Of a DNA stretch of 64,000 nt, positions 45,581 to 57,144 are shown one piece after another. The stretch is taken from IMG/VR virus record IMGVR_UViG_3300034095_000847, one strand, 5' to 3'. Under the pieces are notes generated by a model that worked only from the letters and a program-made list of their open reading frames with translations, ran no database searches and was not told where the DNA came from. The position numbers were made by a program, and so were the translations under genes. Source of the DNA: a virus. Position 1 is the stretch's first letter. Each line of letters starts with the position of its first letter.

Positions 45581-48142
45581 ATGGCAGACACAGCATTAAT
45601 AAAATCGAGTTTACACAATTCAGTATCAGATAGTGTATACAATGATGTTATAACAAAAGGTTCAAATTATTATTACTTTTTGGGTAAAACTTTATCTTGG
45701 GGAGATGAAAATAATCCTCCTTTACCGATAGATTCTGCATCACATGAACATGATACACGAAATGAAATAATTTCGTTAAAGGCAATTAGTCCTAATGATG
45801 TTGCATATGTAATACCTAGAATTGATTGGATATCTGGTACAATTTATGATCAATATGATGATTGTTATTCGACTGAAGTTCAAGGAATTGATTTAATTTC
45901 AGGCGGGAGTGGATATGTTGTAGCTCCAACAGTTATAATAACTGGAGTAGGTCAAGGAGCGACAGCATCAGCAGTTGTAGTTGATGGTATAATTACAAGT
46001 ATCACATTAACAAATAAAGGATATGGATATACAGAAACTCCTGTTGTATCTTTTGATGGAGTTGGTAGTGGAGCTTCTGCTAGTGCAGTTATTATTATAG
46101 GTCAAGAGGGTATACAAAGATTAGAAGATACTAGTTATCATGTGTTAGCAGATAACTTTAATGTATACATGTGCATAGATAATAATAATGGAGCACAATC
46201 AACTTCAACTCCATATGGCGCAAGTGCAGATACAATAACTACATCAGATGGTTATATTTGGAAATTCATATACAGTATACCAATTTCATTAAGAAATAAA
46301 TTTCTTACTGGTTCCCATATGCCTATTCTTACGGCATTACAACAACAATTTTATTCTAAAGGTAATATACAGATAATTAAAATTGATGCTAGAGGTACAG
46401 GATATACAGGAGCTATTTTAAATGTTATAGGTGATGGATATTTAGAAGCAGATCCTATCTATGTATTAGGAGCAGTTATAACAGAAGTTGGTTCAGGTTA
46501 TTCTGCACCAACCATATCTATTGAACCTCCATTTAGTAATTCAACTCCTTGGGTATCTGGGGCAAATGTTATTTTATATCAAATTATAGATTATAACAAT
46601 AATTATTATACTATAGTTATACCTGGAACACTTACAACTACTGGACCTATTCATACCAGTGGTATAGTATCAAATGGAACTGCAGCTTTAGAATTTGCCG
46701 GAGCTCGGGCTACAGGAACTGCAACAAAAAATGGCAGTGGTCAATTAAGTTCTGTTACTTTAAATAAAAAACTTGCTACAATCGATGTAGCAAATATAGG
46801 ATCAGGATATACTACTACACCTTCTGTTTCTATTTCAGGTTCTGGTGGAGGAACTGCCAGTGCAGTATTACAAAATGGTTCATTAATTAGTGTACTTGTT
46901 ACAGGATCAGGATCGTATACAACTATACCTACTGTAACAATTGGTACTCAATGGACTGCTACTACATTATATACAATTAATCAACAGATATTTTATGCAA
47001 ATAGGTTGTATACAGTAACAATTGGTGGAACTTCAGGATCCTCAGCACCTACTCATGAAAGTGGATCTGCTACAAATGGAACTGCAACTTTAACTTATGC
47101 TGGTATAACTGCAACAGCAGCACCAACTATGAAATGTGGTGCAGGGTATTCTAAAGCGCCGGTTATTACTATTAGTGATCCTTCAGGTGTGAATGGTTTA
47201 ATAACTGCAACTACTACAATATCAAGTGCAAGATTAGTACCAATAATAACAAGTGGTCAAATTACCGGTGTTCAAATTATTGATGGCGGTATTGGATATT
47301 CTGTTGCTACTATAGATATAAATGGTGATGGAACAGGAGCACAATTAACTCCTTCATTATCAATTGGTGATATTAATTCATTACAAGCTAATGTTGAATT
47401 ATTAACAGTTTCTGGTAAATTAATGAATATCCCGGTAGTTTCAGGTGGATATGGATATGCAACAGCAACTGTTGATATAATAGGAGATGGTACTGGCGCT
47501 ACTGCAACAGTAACTGTAACTACCGGCAGAGTTTCAAAAATAAATATAGTAACTCAAGGTTATGGATATACTTGGGCAACTATTACTATATCTGGATCTG
47601 GAAAAGGAGCTACTGCTAGAGCAATTATTTCTCCATACGGTGGACATGGTAAAAATGCTTTAAACGAATTAAAAGCAAGTGCTTTAATGTTTTTTAGTGA
47701 TATATCAAACTATAAAAACCAAGGTTTTACAGTTAATAATGATTATAGACAAATTGGTATTATTCGTAATATGTATAGATATGGTACTACTTATATTGCA
47801 ACAACTGTATTTGAAACTGCGTGTTGGGTAGCTTATGCAAATACTAATACTACGACATTTCCTGCCGATTCAATGATTGCCGAATTTTCAACTAATTCAA
47901 GATTTAGAATTGTAACAAATACTGGAAGTGCAATGTTATTACAATCATTGGACAATTATACACTTGATGTTGGTAAAGTTATGTATCTTGTGTCAAATCC
48001 AGCACAAACATTTACTATGCTTGATGTTGCACCTCCTACTATAGATAAATATTCAGGTGATCTAATGTATATAGATAATAGACAAGCTTTTACACCTACT
48101 GAGCAACAAACAGTTACTCTTAGAACAATAATTGGATTCTAA
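45581..48142 (+). CDS. 8: baseplate wedge gp8 with inserted repeat and CBM-like modules
   Basis: YY.F.G....W, V.PR.DW..GT.YD.Y, VY.C..NN, DGY.WKF.Y, GGHG....EL, YRQ.G, SG...Y..NR. Confidence 0.8.
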   Translation: MADTALIKSSLHNSVSDSVYNDVITKGSNYYYFLGKTLSWGDENNPPLPIDSASHEHDTRNEIISLKAISPNDVAYVIPRIDWISGTIYDQYDDCYSTEVQGIDLISGGSGYVVAPTVIITGVGQGATASAVVVDGIITSITLTNKGYGYTETPVVSFDGVGSGASASAVIIIGQEGIQRLEDTSYHVLADNFNVYMCIDNNNGAQSTSTPYGASADTITTSDGYIWKFIYSIPISLRNKFLTGSHMPILTALQQQFYSKGNIQIIKIDARGTGYTGAILNVIGDGYLEADPIYVLGAVITEVGSGYSAPTISIEPPFSNSTPWVSGANVILYQIIDYNNNYYTIVIPGTLTTTGPIHTSGIVSNGTAALEFAGARATGTATKNGSGQLSSVTLNKKLATIDVANIGSGYTTTPSVSISGSGGGTASAVLQNGSLISVLVTGSGSYTTIPTVTIGTQWTATTLYTINQQIFYANRLYTVTIGGTSGSSAPTHESGSATNGTATLTYAGITATAAPTMKCGAGYSKAPVITISDPSGVNGLITATTTISSARLVPIITSGQITGVQIIDGGIGYSVATIDINGDGTGAQLTPSLSIGDINSLQANVELLTVSGKLMNIPVVSGGYGYATATVDIIGDGTGATATVTVTTGRVSKINIVTQGYGYTWATITISGSGKGATARAIISPYGGHGKNALNELKASALMFFSDISNYKNQGFTVNNDYRQIGIIRNMYRYGTTYIATTVFETACWVAYANTNTTTFPADSMIAEFSTNSRFRIVTNTGSAMLLQSLDNYTLDVGKVMYLVSNPAQTFTMLDVAPPTIDKYSGDLMYIDNRQAFTPTEQQTVTLRTIIGF

Positions 48143-48182
48143 TAAATAATGATAACAATACCTTTAGGACAAAGAGAGAATC

Positions 48183-51100
48183 ATGTTAGATTTTAATACA
48201 GAACCGTACTACGACGATTACAATGAAGATAAAAAATTCTATAAAATATTGTTTCGTCCAGGATATCCTGTTCAAGCAAGGGAATTAACACAACTTCAAA
48301 CAATTATCCAACAACAAGTTAAAAGACACGGCGACCATATTTTTAAACAAGGTGCAATGGTCATTCCAGGTGAATTTGCTGTTGATACAAAATATAGTTA
48401 TGTAAAAGTAGATCCTACTTATGGTGGAGTTGACGTAAATGATTTCATAGATTCTTTTATTGGTAAACAAATTATTGGTGATACTAGCGGTATTACTGCT
48501 GAAGTTCTATATGCAACTCATCATGACGATATTGATCCAGCAACATTATTTGTTCGGTATATAACATCTGATAATTCTGCTGCATCTGTACCATTTAGTA
48601 ATTCAGAAGTAATATCACTTGCAGATGAAACACATTCTGTACAATCTATCTCTTCAAATGCTACTGGTATTGGTTCTGCTGGTATTATACAAAGAGGTGT
48701 ATATTATATCAATGGATTTTTTGTTTTAGCAGATAGTCAAACAGTAATATTAGACAAATATTCGAATATACCTTCTTATAGAATTGGTTTAACTATCGAT
48801 GAAACTATTATTACTGAATATGAAGATGAATCATTATTAGATAATGCTCAAAATAGTTATAATTATTCTGCTCCAGGGGCACATAGACACAGTATCGATT
48901 TAGTTTTAACTAAACAAACAATTGGTACGACTACTGATTCTAATTTTATTGAGTTAGCACGCATTATTAATGGTAGAATAATTAGCATAAAAAGTGGTAC
49001 AGATTATGCTCAATTAGAAAAAACATTAGCAGAAAGAACATATGATGAATCAGGAGACTACACAGTTGTTCCTTTTGGTATAGATGTACGTGAACATAGA
49101 AATAATGATAGAGGCAGTTGGATATCTGATAGAGCATATTTGCTAGGTGATATTGTTTTAAATAGTGATAAACTTTATACTGCTAGAAATACTGGTACAT
49201 CTGCTGGAGCAACTGGACCAACTCATACTGTAGGTAAAGTATATGATGGTACTACTACAGGAGTTCAATGGGAATATACACCAAAACCAAATTATAATAG
49301 AGGTGTATACAATGCATTTGGTTCTTTAATTTCTATTGAAGTAACAAAACAAGGTTCTGGATATTTAACTGCTCCCGCTATTAGTTTTTCAGGTGGCAAT
49401 GGTACAGGTGCATCTGCAGCAGCTAAAATTAATAGTGAAGGTAAATTAATAGGCATTGATGTTATTAATCAAGGTTCTGGGTATACATCAAATCCAAATA
49501 TTATTATAACAAGTGATAGCGGTATAAATGCTGAAGCAGTTGCTTATGCTAATTTTGGTAATGAATCAAAACTTGCAATAGGCATGGAAGCAGGTAAAGC
49601 ATATGTTCATGGATATAAAATTCAAAAACCATCTACTGAATTTGTAGATGTAGATAAAGCAAGAACATATAATTCTGTAGATAACGCTAAAGTATCAACA
49701 ACAGTTGGTAACTATATTCTTGTTAAAAATTTAGCAGGTATACCTGATTATAAAAATAATGTAACTATAAACATTTATGATCAACTTGCTGCAGCAGGTA
49801 CTGTAATTGGTACTTGTAAAGTAAGAGGTCTAGAATGGGATAATGGTTTAGTATATACAGCATCAACAATATACAAATTATTTATTTTTGATATTGTTAT
49901 GAATGTTGGTAAAACTTTAGTTAGAGATGTAAAATCTTTTGCAGTATCTGATTTTGTTGCTGATATTAGTCCTATTTTAACTCAACTAGCAGGAACTGTT
50001 CAAAGTTCAACTACAACTATTTCTGGAACTGGAACAACTTTTTTATCTGTATTTAAGGTTGGGGATTATATTTCTATTGCTATGCAAGTTAGACGTATTA
50101 CTGCAGTTGCATCTAATGGTTCATTGACTATAGCTTCTGGATTATCTTCAGATATTACTGTAGGAACAAATTTTTATTTATTATCTACAGATATTATTGA
50201 ACCAAATAATTCAGGATTGATTTTTCCATTACCAAATTCATATATTAAAACTTCATCTGATATTAGTTATACTGTATTTGAAAGATTTTCTGCTTTAACT
50301 GTAGCATCTAGTCAAGTAGCATTCCAAACAACAGATACTGGAACATTTGCCTCAGCTGCAGCATATGAAAATTATCTATTATCTACATCATCAGCAATTG
50401 TTCCAATTACAGGTATAGTTGTTGCAGGAAATCAAGTAACAATATCTGTAAATAGTTCTTATAATGGATCAAGTGTAGTTTTATCTGCTGCAGTTAATAA
50501 AACTGGTGCTACGTCAACTAGAAGAACCAAAACTGCCACAATTGCTCATACAGAATATACTACTGCAGCTGCAGGCCAAGCAACAATTTTAAATCTTGGT
50601 TATGCGGATACTTTTAGAATTTTATCTATTAAAATGAAAGCAGGTACCTTTGCTTCTCCTACTGGTGATTATGTTATAGATATTTCAGATAGATATGATT
50701 TTGATAATGGACAAAGAGAAACTCATTATGACTATAGTCGCCTAACTTTAAAATCATCTTTCTCTCCTCCAACAGCACCTGTTCAAGTGTATTTTGAATA
50801 TTTTGCTCATGGTACTGGTGATTATTTTACTGTAGAATCATATACTGGTATTGGATATAATGAAATCCCAACTTATACAGGCTTTCCATTAAGAGATGCA
50901 ATTGATTTTCGTCCTGCATATAATGGTTCTTCTTGGACTTCTACTACATTTTTACCTAAAAGAGCTATTGATGTAAGTATAGATTATGATTATTATTTGC
51001 CTAGATTAGACAAAATCTATATAGATTATACCGGTAATTTTATTAATGTTAAAGGTACACCAAATATACCTCCTGTACAACCTCCAGTAATGTCAACAGG

Positions 51101-54100
51101 TATGGAGTTATATTCATTAACTCTTGCACCATATACATTAGACACAACTATTGATAATGTTATTTTCTCAAAAGCAGAGAATAAACGTTATACAATGCGT
51201 GATATAGGTAAATTAGAAAAACGTATTGAAAATTTAGAGTATTATACATCTTTATCATTGTTAGAACAAGAAACAACATCAATGCAAATAACAGATAGTT
51301 CTGGTTTGGATAGATACCAAAATGGATTTGTTGTTGATAGTTTTAATGGTCAAGGTGTAGGTAATACTCAATCACCTGATTATTTATGTTCAATCGATCA
51401 AGAAAATAATGAATTGCTTCCGTTCTTTACAATGCAAAACATTAATATGATTGAAAAAAATAAAACAGAAGGTGCTAGAACATCGAGTAATTATAAAATG
51501 TATGGTGATATTATAACTTTGCCAGTAGTAGATCATGTTAAAATAGCAGAACAAACTTTAGGTTCAAGAACTGAACGTATAAATCCATTTGCAATTTTTA
51601 CTTTCCTTGGTAAAATGGAATTGACTCCTTCATCTGATGATTGGTTTGAAACAGATCGTAAACCAGATATTATTAATAATGTTGAAGGTAATTATAATGC
51701 TATTAAAACACTTGCAGAATCAGTAGGATTACTTGGTACTGTTTGGAATGCATGGCAAACTCAATGGACAGGTAGACCTGTAGTAACTAATGCATATAGT
51801 GGAAAATATGCGGCTTTAGCAGAAAAACTTGGCGCGACAGGCGAAGCTATTAGCAGCAATGTCGGTTTAAACCGCAAAGCACATGGATGGAATATTTATG
51901 GAGGTTCTTACACTTTAACTACTACAACTGCTACTAAAGTTGGACAATCTAGAACTGGAGTTAATACAACTTTAGTTGCTAAAGTAGATACTCAATTAAC
52001 TGAAGATAGAATTGTTTCATCTGCAGTTATTCCATATATTCGCTCAAGAAATATATTGATTCAAGCAAAAGCATTAAAACCAGAAACACAATTTTATTCA
52101 TTTTTTGAAAATGCTGATATCTCGCAATATTGTACTCCAGCAACAAAACTAGATCTTGGAACTTCTGTTAGTGGAATATTTGATTATATTTCTAATGTTG
52201 GAGGAGATTCTTCTGGTGCTCAACGTAGAATAAATGGTGATACACAAGTTTGTTTAACAAGAGGTGATATTATATTTGTATCACATCGAGGTTCTACTTC
52301 ATATCAAACACCTGATTCTTCTGGATGTCCTGCTACAGCAGTTATTGTAGATGTAGAATATAATCCAACTACATTACATAAATCAATATATGTTGTTAAT
52401 ATTAAAGGTTCATTCTTATCTGGTGATACTGTAAAAGGAAATGTAAGTCTTGCCACTGGTACATTAGCATCTACGCCTGTGGCTAAAGTTGCAGGGGATT
52501 CATTAATAACTAACTTTAATGGTAGTGTTAATTTATTATTTGATATTCCTAATACTGATAGTGTTAGATTTAGAACTGGTAAACGCGAATTTAAACTTCA
52601 AGATACTACTACACCATTAGGATTATTTAATTCTAGAGGTACTGGAACATACGAAGCTAATGGAGTTTTGCAAACTAAGCAAGCTACATATACTGCTACT
52701 AGAAACGGTGAATTAGTACAAGAACGTTTAACAGATAATCGTGTTATTACAGAAACATCTGAAAGGATTGTTTCTGGTACTGGTTGGTATGATCCTCTTG
52801 CGCAAACTTTTACAATTAAAGATCAACCAGGAGGATGTTTCTTAACTAAAGTAGATATATTCTTTGCTAAAAAAGATCCTAATATTCCGGTAACTTTACA
52901 AATTCGTGAAACAGTTAATGGATATCCAGGTGCAAATATCTTACCATTTAGTACAGTTACATTATTACCTGAACAAGTTAATTTGTCTTCAACTATTGTT
53001 ACTGTAACTAGTGAAGAAGGTGGAAATGTGCCATATCCAAAATATGATACACCTACAACGTTTACGTTTAAAAGTCCTGTATATGTAAAAGATGGTACAG
53101 ATTATGCAATTGTATTATTAAGTGATTCTATTCTTTATAGAGTTTGGATTTCTGAAATGGGTAACTTAATTCCAGATTCTACACAAACTATAACAGAACA
53201 ACCTTATGCTGGCGTTTTATATAAATCACAAAATGGAGCATCATGGACCCCATCTGATACTCAGGATATGAAATTTACTGTGTACAGAGCAAAATTTGAT
53301 GTAACTGCAGTTGGTACTGTTGACTTTATTAATGATGTAATTCCAACTACTAAGTTTACACAAGCTTCAATAGATGCATATCCATTCCAAACAACTAGTG
53401 GTTCTGCAGTTGTTAGAGTTTGGCAACAAGATCATGGTATGCCTTCAGGAAGTACTGTTAGAATTAGTGGTATTGCAAATACCATAAATGGTATTACTGC
53501 GGCTAATTTAAATGGTGATAGAACTATATCAAATGTTGATATGGATTCTTATACAATTACTGCAGGAGGTAATGCTACCTCTTCAGGATATGCAGGACCA
53601 TCAGGTACAACTGAAGAATGGTTATTATCTAAAAATATTCAGTATGATGCAATTCAACCTTCATTTGCTAATTTGAATTTCCCTGAAACTAGTATTGATT
53701 ATAAAATTAGAACTGCTTCTGGAAAATCTGTTGATGGTTCTGAAACTCCATATGCTATTGATGCAAATTCAGTTGCATGTGTTGCCAATGATACAAATTA
53801 TTTTAATACACCAAGGATGATTGTATCTGAAGTTAATGAAACAAATGCTGGTTTAGGAGGAATAAAGCCTTTAACACTTACAGCAGAAATGAAAACCACA
53901 AAAGATAGTTTATCTCCTATTATTGATACTCATAGAGTTAGTGCTGTATTGGTATCTAATAAAATTAATAAACCATCTGAAAGTAATACAAATCTTGCAG
54001 TAATTGATGAAGTATCTGTATTTACTGGAACTGGATTAACTTTTAATGTTAAATCAGCAGACACAGTATATGGAAATGCTTCTATTAGTAGTACAAATGC

Positions 54101-54914
54101 AACATTCCGAGATAATTTAAAAGCAATTGCTATTGGATCTTATGTCACTATTTCAGGAACAACTTCATCATTAAATAATGGTACATTCCTTGTATCTCAT
54201 ATTACTAATGATGGAACTACTGGAAAATTATTTGTTACTTTTAGTACTGGAATACAAGATTTTACAAGTCAACCATCAGTATCTGGAACTACCGTAGTTA
54301 ATAAAGTAATGTTCAAAGATGAAATTACTCCTGCCGGAAGTACCACTATTAGTAAATATGTTTCTAATAATATTGTACTTAATCAAGTTTGTGGATATTT
54401 AAAAATAAATTTTGCCGCCAATGTTCCTGTTGGTTCTGATGTGTTTGTATATTATAAAGCAATAAAATCAGGTGATATTGAAGGTTTGAATTGGATTAAA
54501 ATAGAACCACCTACTCCAGTAATAAAAACTGACATAAATGATTTTATGCTTACTGATTATCATTATAATGTAGAAACAGACAAAATTATTAATATTGATG
54601 CAATTAGTGGTGTTTCTGGTGCAAGTACAATTTTAATACCTACAACTACAGGCGTTGCAGTTGGAGCATTAGTAACTGGTCTTGGTGTTGGTACAGCAGC
54701 AGTGATTACTGCTATTACTGATGGTACAGGTACTGATGCAGGCAAATCTACATTAACAATGTCTGTTGTCAATGCAAGTATTGTTCAAGGTACTATTAAT
54801 ATTCATTCAACTACTGGTCAATTTGATACTGTTGCTGTTAAGTTAGTAATGCAATCTACAAATACCTGTGCTGTTCCAACTATTAAAGATTTGAGAATTA
54901 TTGCTTGCGCATAA
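48183..54914 (+). CDS. very large virion structural protein (DUF4815/VrlC-like)
   Basis: N..PYYDD....K.FY..LFRPG..VQARELTQLQ, APGA.R, RT.DESG.Y, RYTMRDIG.LE.RI..LEYYT.LS.LE, DPLAQ.F. Confidence 0.8.
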   Translation: MLDFNTEPYYDDYNEDKKFYKILFRPGYPVQARELTQLQTIIQQQVKRHGDHIFKQGAMVIPGEFAVDTKYSYVKVDPTYGGVDVNDFIDSFIGKQIIGDTSGITAEVLYATHHDDIDPATLFVRYITSDNSAASVPFSNSEVISLADETHSVQSISSNATGIGSAGIIQRGVYYINGFFVLADSQTVILDKYSNIPSYRIGLTIDETIITEYEDESLLDNAQNSYNYSAPGAHRHSIDLVLTKQTIGTTTDSNFIELARIINGRIISIKSGTDYAQLEKTLAERTYDESGDYTVVPFGIDVREHRNNDRGSWISDRAYLLGDIVLNSDKLYTARNTGTSAGATGPTHTVGKVYDGTTTGVQWEYTPKPNYNRGVYNAFGSLISIEVTKQGSGYLTAPAISFSGGNGTGASAAAKINSEGKLIGIDVINQGSGYTSNPNIIITSDSGINAEAVAYANFGNESKLAIGMEAGKAYVHGYKIQKPSTEFVDVDKARTYNSVDNAKVSTTVGNYILVKNLAGIPDYKNNVTINIYDQLAAAGTVIGTCKVRGLEWDNGLVYTASTIYKLFIFDIVMNVGKTLVRDVKSFAVSDFVADISPILTQLAGTVQSSTTTISGTGTTFLSVFKVGDYISIAMQVRRITAVASNGSLTIASGLSSDITVGTNFYLLSTDIIEPNNSGLIFPLPNSYIKTSSDISYTVFERFSALTVASSQVAFQTTDTGTFASAAAYENYLLSTSSAIVPITGIVVAGNQVTISVNSSYNGSSVVLSAAVNKTGATSTRRTKTATIAHTEYTTAAAGQATILNLGYADTFRILSIKMKAGTFASPTGDYVIDISDRYDFDNGQRETHYDYSRLTLKSSFSPPTAPVQVYFEYFAHGTGDYFTVESYTGIGYNEIPTYTGFPLRDAIDFRPAYNGSSWTSTTFLPKRAIDVSIDYDYYLPRLDKIYIDYTGNFINVKGTPNIPPVQPPVMSTGMELYSLTLAPYTLDTTIDNVIFSKAENKRYTMRDIGKLEKRIENLEYYTSLSLLEQETTSMQITDSSGLDRYQNGFVVDSFNGQGVGNTQSPDYLCSIDQENNELLPFFTMQNINMIEKNKTEGARTSSNYKMYGDIITLPVVDHVKIAEQTLGSRTERINPFAIFTFLGKMELTPSSDDWFETDRKPDIINNVEGNYNAIKTLAESVGLLGTVWNAWQTQWTGRPVVTNAYSGKYAALAEKLGATGEAISSNVGLNRKAHGWNIYGGSYTLTTTTATKVGQSRTGVNTTLVAKVDTQLTEDRIVSSAVIPYIRSRNILIQAKALKPETQFYSFFENADISQYCTPATKLDLGTSVSGIFDYISNVGGDSSGAQRRINGDTQVCLTRGDIIFVSHRGSTSYQTPDSSGCPATAVIVDVEYNPTTLHKSIYVVNIKGSFLSGDTVKGNVSLATGTLASTPVAKVAGDSLITNFNGSVNLLFDIPNTDSVRFRTGKREFKLQDTTTPLGLFNSRGTGTYEANGVLQTKQATYTATRNGELVQERLTDNRVITETSERIVSGTGWYDPLAQTFTIKDQPGGCFLTKVDIFFAKKDPNIPVTLQIRETVNGYPGANILPFSTVTLLPEQVNLSSTIVTVTSEEGGNVPYPKYDTPTTFTFKSPVYVKDGTDYAIVLLSDSILYRVWISEMGNLIPDSTQTITEQPYAGVLYKSQNGASWTPSDTQDMKFTVYRAKFDVTAVGTVDFINDVIPTTKFTQASIDAYPFQTTSGSAVVRVWQQDHGMPSGSTVRISGIANTINGITAANLNGDRTISNVDMDSYTITAGGNATSSGYAGPSGTTEEWLLSKNIQYDAIQPSFANLNFPETSIDYKIRTASGKSVDGSETPYAIDANSVACVANDTNYFNTPRMIVSEVNETNAGLGGIKPLTLTAEMKTTKDSLSPIIDTHRVSAVLVSNKINKPSESNTNLAVIDEVSVFTGTGLTFNVKSADTVYGNASISSTNATFRDNLKAIAIGSYVTISGTTSSLNNGTFLVSHITNDGTTGKLFVTFSTGIQDFTSQPSVSGTTVVNKVMFKDEITPAGSTTISKYVSNNIVLNQVCGYLKINFAANVPVGSDVFVYYKAIKSGDIEGLNWIKIEPPTPVIKTDINDFMLTDYHYNVETDKIINIDAISGVSGASTILIPTTTGVAVGALVTGLGVGTAAVITAITDGTGTDAGKSTLTMSVVNASIVQGTINIHSTTGQFDTVAVKLVMQSTNTCAVPTIKDLRIIACA

Positions 54915-54915
54915 T

Positions 54916-55140
54916 ATGAAATATTTAAAAGTAACTGGAAATACTGATTTAGTACGGGATGCAGAGTCCCGTGCTATAATCAATACATCAGATAATGGAT
55001 ATAATGAATATATGAATAAAAGAAATATGCAATTATATCAAAGGGATTTGATTGCACGTCAAGATAATGAAATACAGATGTTGAAAAATGATATTAGTGA
55101 CATAAAACAAATGTTATTAACATTAATAAATAATAAATAA
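54916..55140 (+). CDS. small protein (V.G...LVRD..S.AIIN, C-terminal coiled coil)
   Basis: Follows the large structural gene; start moved to MKYLK. Confidence 0.65.
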   Translation: MKYLKVTGNTDLVRDAESRAIINTSDNGYNEYMNKRNMQLYQRDLIARQDNEIQMLKNDISDIKQMLLTLINNK

Positions 55141-55168
55141 GTAAATATACTGTTAACAGGATAAATTA

Positions 55169-57094
55169 ATGGCTGCTATAACTACTCGATCAACTGCAGG
55201 AACAGGTGCAACGGTTAAAAATTCAACATTAACCAATGCTGAGGTTGATAACAACTTTATTAATTTAAATGTTGATATACAAACAAGACTATTAAAAACT
55301 GGTGGAACAAATTTATATATCGGTAGTCAAGCAAATTCTACAAGATTTCCAAATTCAATTACTGTATTTTCAAGTGTTGCTTCGGGTATTCAAAAAAACG
55401 AATCACATAATATTGGTTTAGCATCAGAAAATACAGGATCTTTTTTAGCTAAAACTATTGTTACAGGTTCATCAGGTGGAACTACTATTACACTTAGTGA
55501 TGTAGCAGGAATATATATTGGGCAAGTTGTTTCTGCAACTGGGGTAGCTAGTGAAGCTATTATAACAAATATTAATACAGGAACAAATGTAGTCACACTA
55601 TCTATTGCTAATACTGGTATTCCTTCAGGAACTGCTAATATCATAGCGTATGGCGTAGGTGCTTATGGTATAGGATATACTAGTGGTGGATGTACAGGTA
55701 TTGGTGTAATAGGTGAAGCTCATGTAAATATAAGTAGTGCTTCAGGAAGAGCAATTGGAGTTAAAGGATATTCTAATGATACTCATGCAAGCGGTTCTAA
55801 TATAGGTTTATATGGTTCTGCTGAAAATGGACTTACAAATTATAGTTTATATTTAAATGAGGGTGATATCTATAGTAAAAGCGCTGTAAATAAAACTTGG
55901 TATCTAAATTCAAATTTAACTTTTTCAAGTGTTAGTGGATCTTATAGCGTAACTATACCGCAATTAGTTTTAGGAATAGATTTAGCAGTTTCTCAAGGTG
56001 GAACAGGTGCATCTTCATTTACTACAAATGCTGTCTTACTTGGAAATGGCGGAGGTTCATTTCAAACTGTTTCTCCAGGTACAAGTGGAAATGTATTATT
56101 GTCAAATGGTAGTACCTGGATTAGTTCAACAGTATCATCATCTTTTGTAACAACTGCTTTAGGATTTACTCCATATAATTCTACAAATCCAAATGGATAT
56201 ATTTCTGGAATTACTTACGCTAATGTTATTAGTGCTTTAGGATTTACTCCTTATAATTCTACTAATCCTAGTGTATATATAACTTCAGGAGGAATTACTT
56301 ACGCTAATGTTATTAGTGCTTTAGGTTTTACTCCATATAATTCTACAAATCCAAATGGATATATTTCAGGAATTACTAGTGGTAATGTAACTACTGCTTT
56401 AGGATTTACTCCTTATAATTCTACAAATCCAAATGGATATATTTCTGGAATTACTAGTGGCAAAGTAATTACTGCTTTAGGTTTTACTCCATATAATTCT
56501 ACAAATCCAAATGGATATATTTCAGGAATTACTAGTGGCAAAGTAATTACTGCTTTAGGTTTTACTCCATATAATTCTACTAATCCTAATGGATATATAA
56601 CTTCAGCAGGAAGTGCTGATTATGCAAATAGTTCTGGTAGTGCTGATAGTGCAACAACATTTACTAGTACAACCCAAAATTCAAGATTTAAGTCTTTAGG
56701 TGTAGGTACTAATGCTTCAGAGGTAACTGGAGAAATTAGAGCAACTGGAAATATAACTGGATTTTTTTCTTCTGATAAAAAATATAAAGACAATATTAGA
56801 GACATTGATGGTGTTTTAGAAAAAGTAGTTTCAATAGGTTCTAAATATTTTGATTGGACAGATGATTATATTAATGATCATGGTGGAGAAGATGGATACT
56901 TTGTTCAAAAATCTGACTTTGGAGTAGTTGCTCAAGATGTTCAAGCAGTATTTCCACAGGCAGTAAAACAACGTGAAGATGGTTCTCTTGCGGTAGATTA
57001 TGCAAGACTTGGTGTTTTGTCCTTTGGAGCTATTTCTGAATTGCAAAAACAAATAAATGAATTAAAAGAAATAATTAATAAAATTACTTCTTAA
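55169..57094 (+). CDS. tail fibre with C-terminal intramolecular chaperone (peptidase S74-like)
   Basis: SSD.KYK.NI..I, FDW, D.GVVAQDVQ.VFP.AV, LAVDY..L, terminal coiled coil. Confidence 0.85.
   Translation: MAAITTRSTAGTGATVKNSTLTNAEVDNNFINLNVDIQTRLLKTGGTNLYIGSQANSTRFPNSITVFSSVASGIQKNESHNIGLASENTGSFLAKTIVTGSSGGTTITLSDVAGIYIGQVVSATGVASEAIITNINTGTNVVTLSIANTGIPSGTANIIAYGVGAYGIGYTSGGCTGIGVIGEAHVNISSASGRAIGVKGYSNDTHASGSNIGLYGSAENGLTNYSLYLNEGDIYSKSAVNKTWYLNSNLTFSSVSGSYSVTIPQLVLGIDLAVSQGGTGASSFTTNAVLLGNGGGSFQTVSPGTSGNVLLSNGSTWISSTVSSSFVTTALGFTPYNSTNPNGYISGITYANVISALGFTPYNSTNPSVYITSGGITYANVISALGFTPYNSTNPNGYISGITSGNVTTALGFTPYNSTNPNGYISGITSGKVITALGFTPYNSTNPNGYISGITSGKVITALGFTPYNSTNPNGYITSAGSADYANSSGSADSATTFTSTTQNSRFKSLGVGTNASEVTGEIRATGNITGFFSSDKKYKDNIRDIDGVLEKVVSIGSKYFDWTDDYINDHGGEDGYFVQKSDFGVVAQDVQAVFPQAVKQREDGSLAVDYARLGVLSFGAISELQKQINELKEIINKITS
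56156..56610. repeat. about 78-bp tandem repeat x6 (ALGFTPYNSTNPNGYISGIT.....)
   Basis: Visible in both DNA and protein. Confidence 0.95.
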
Positions 57095-57108
57095 TGATAT
57101 TTAAAACT

Positions 57109-57116
57109 TATAAATA
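57109..57116 (+). promoter_or_regulatory. T4-type late promoter
   Basis: TATAAATA. Confidence 0.75.
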
Positions 57117-57144
57117 ATATATAATTACATAAAAGAGAAATACT

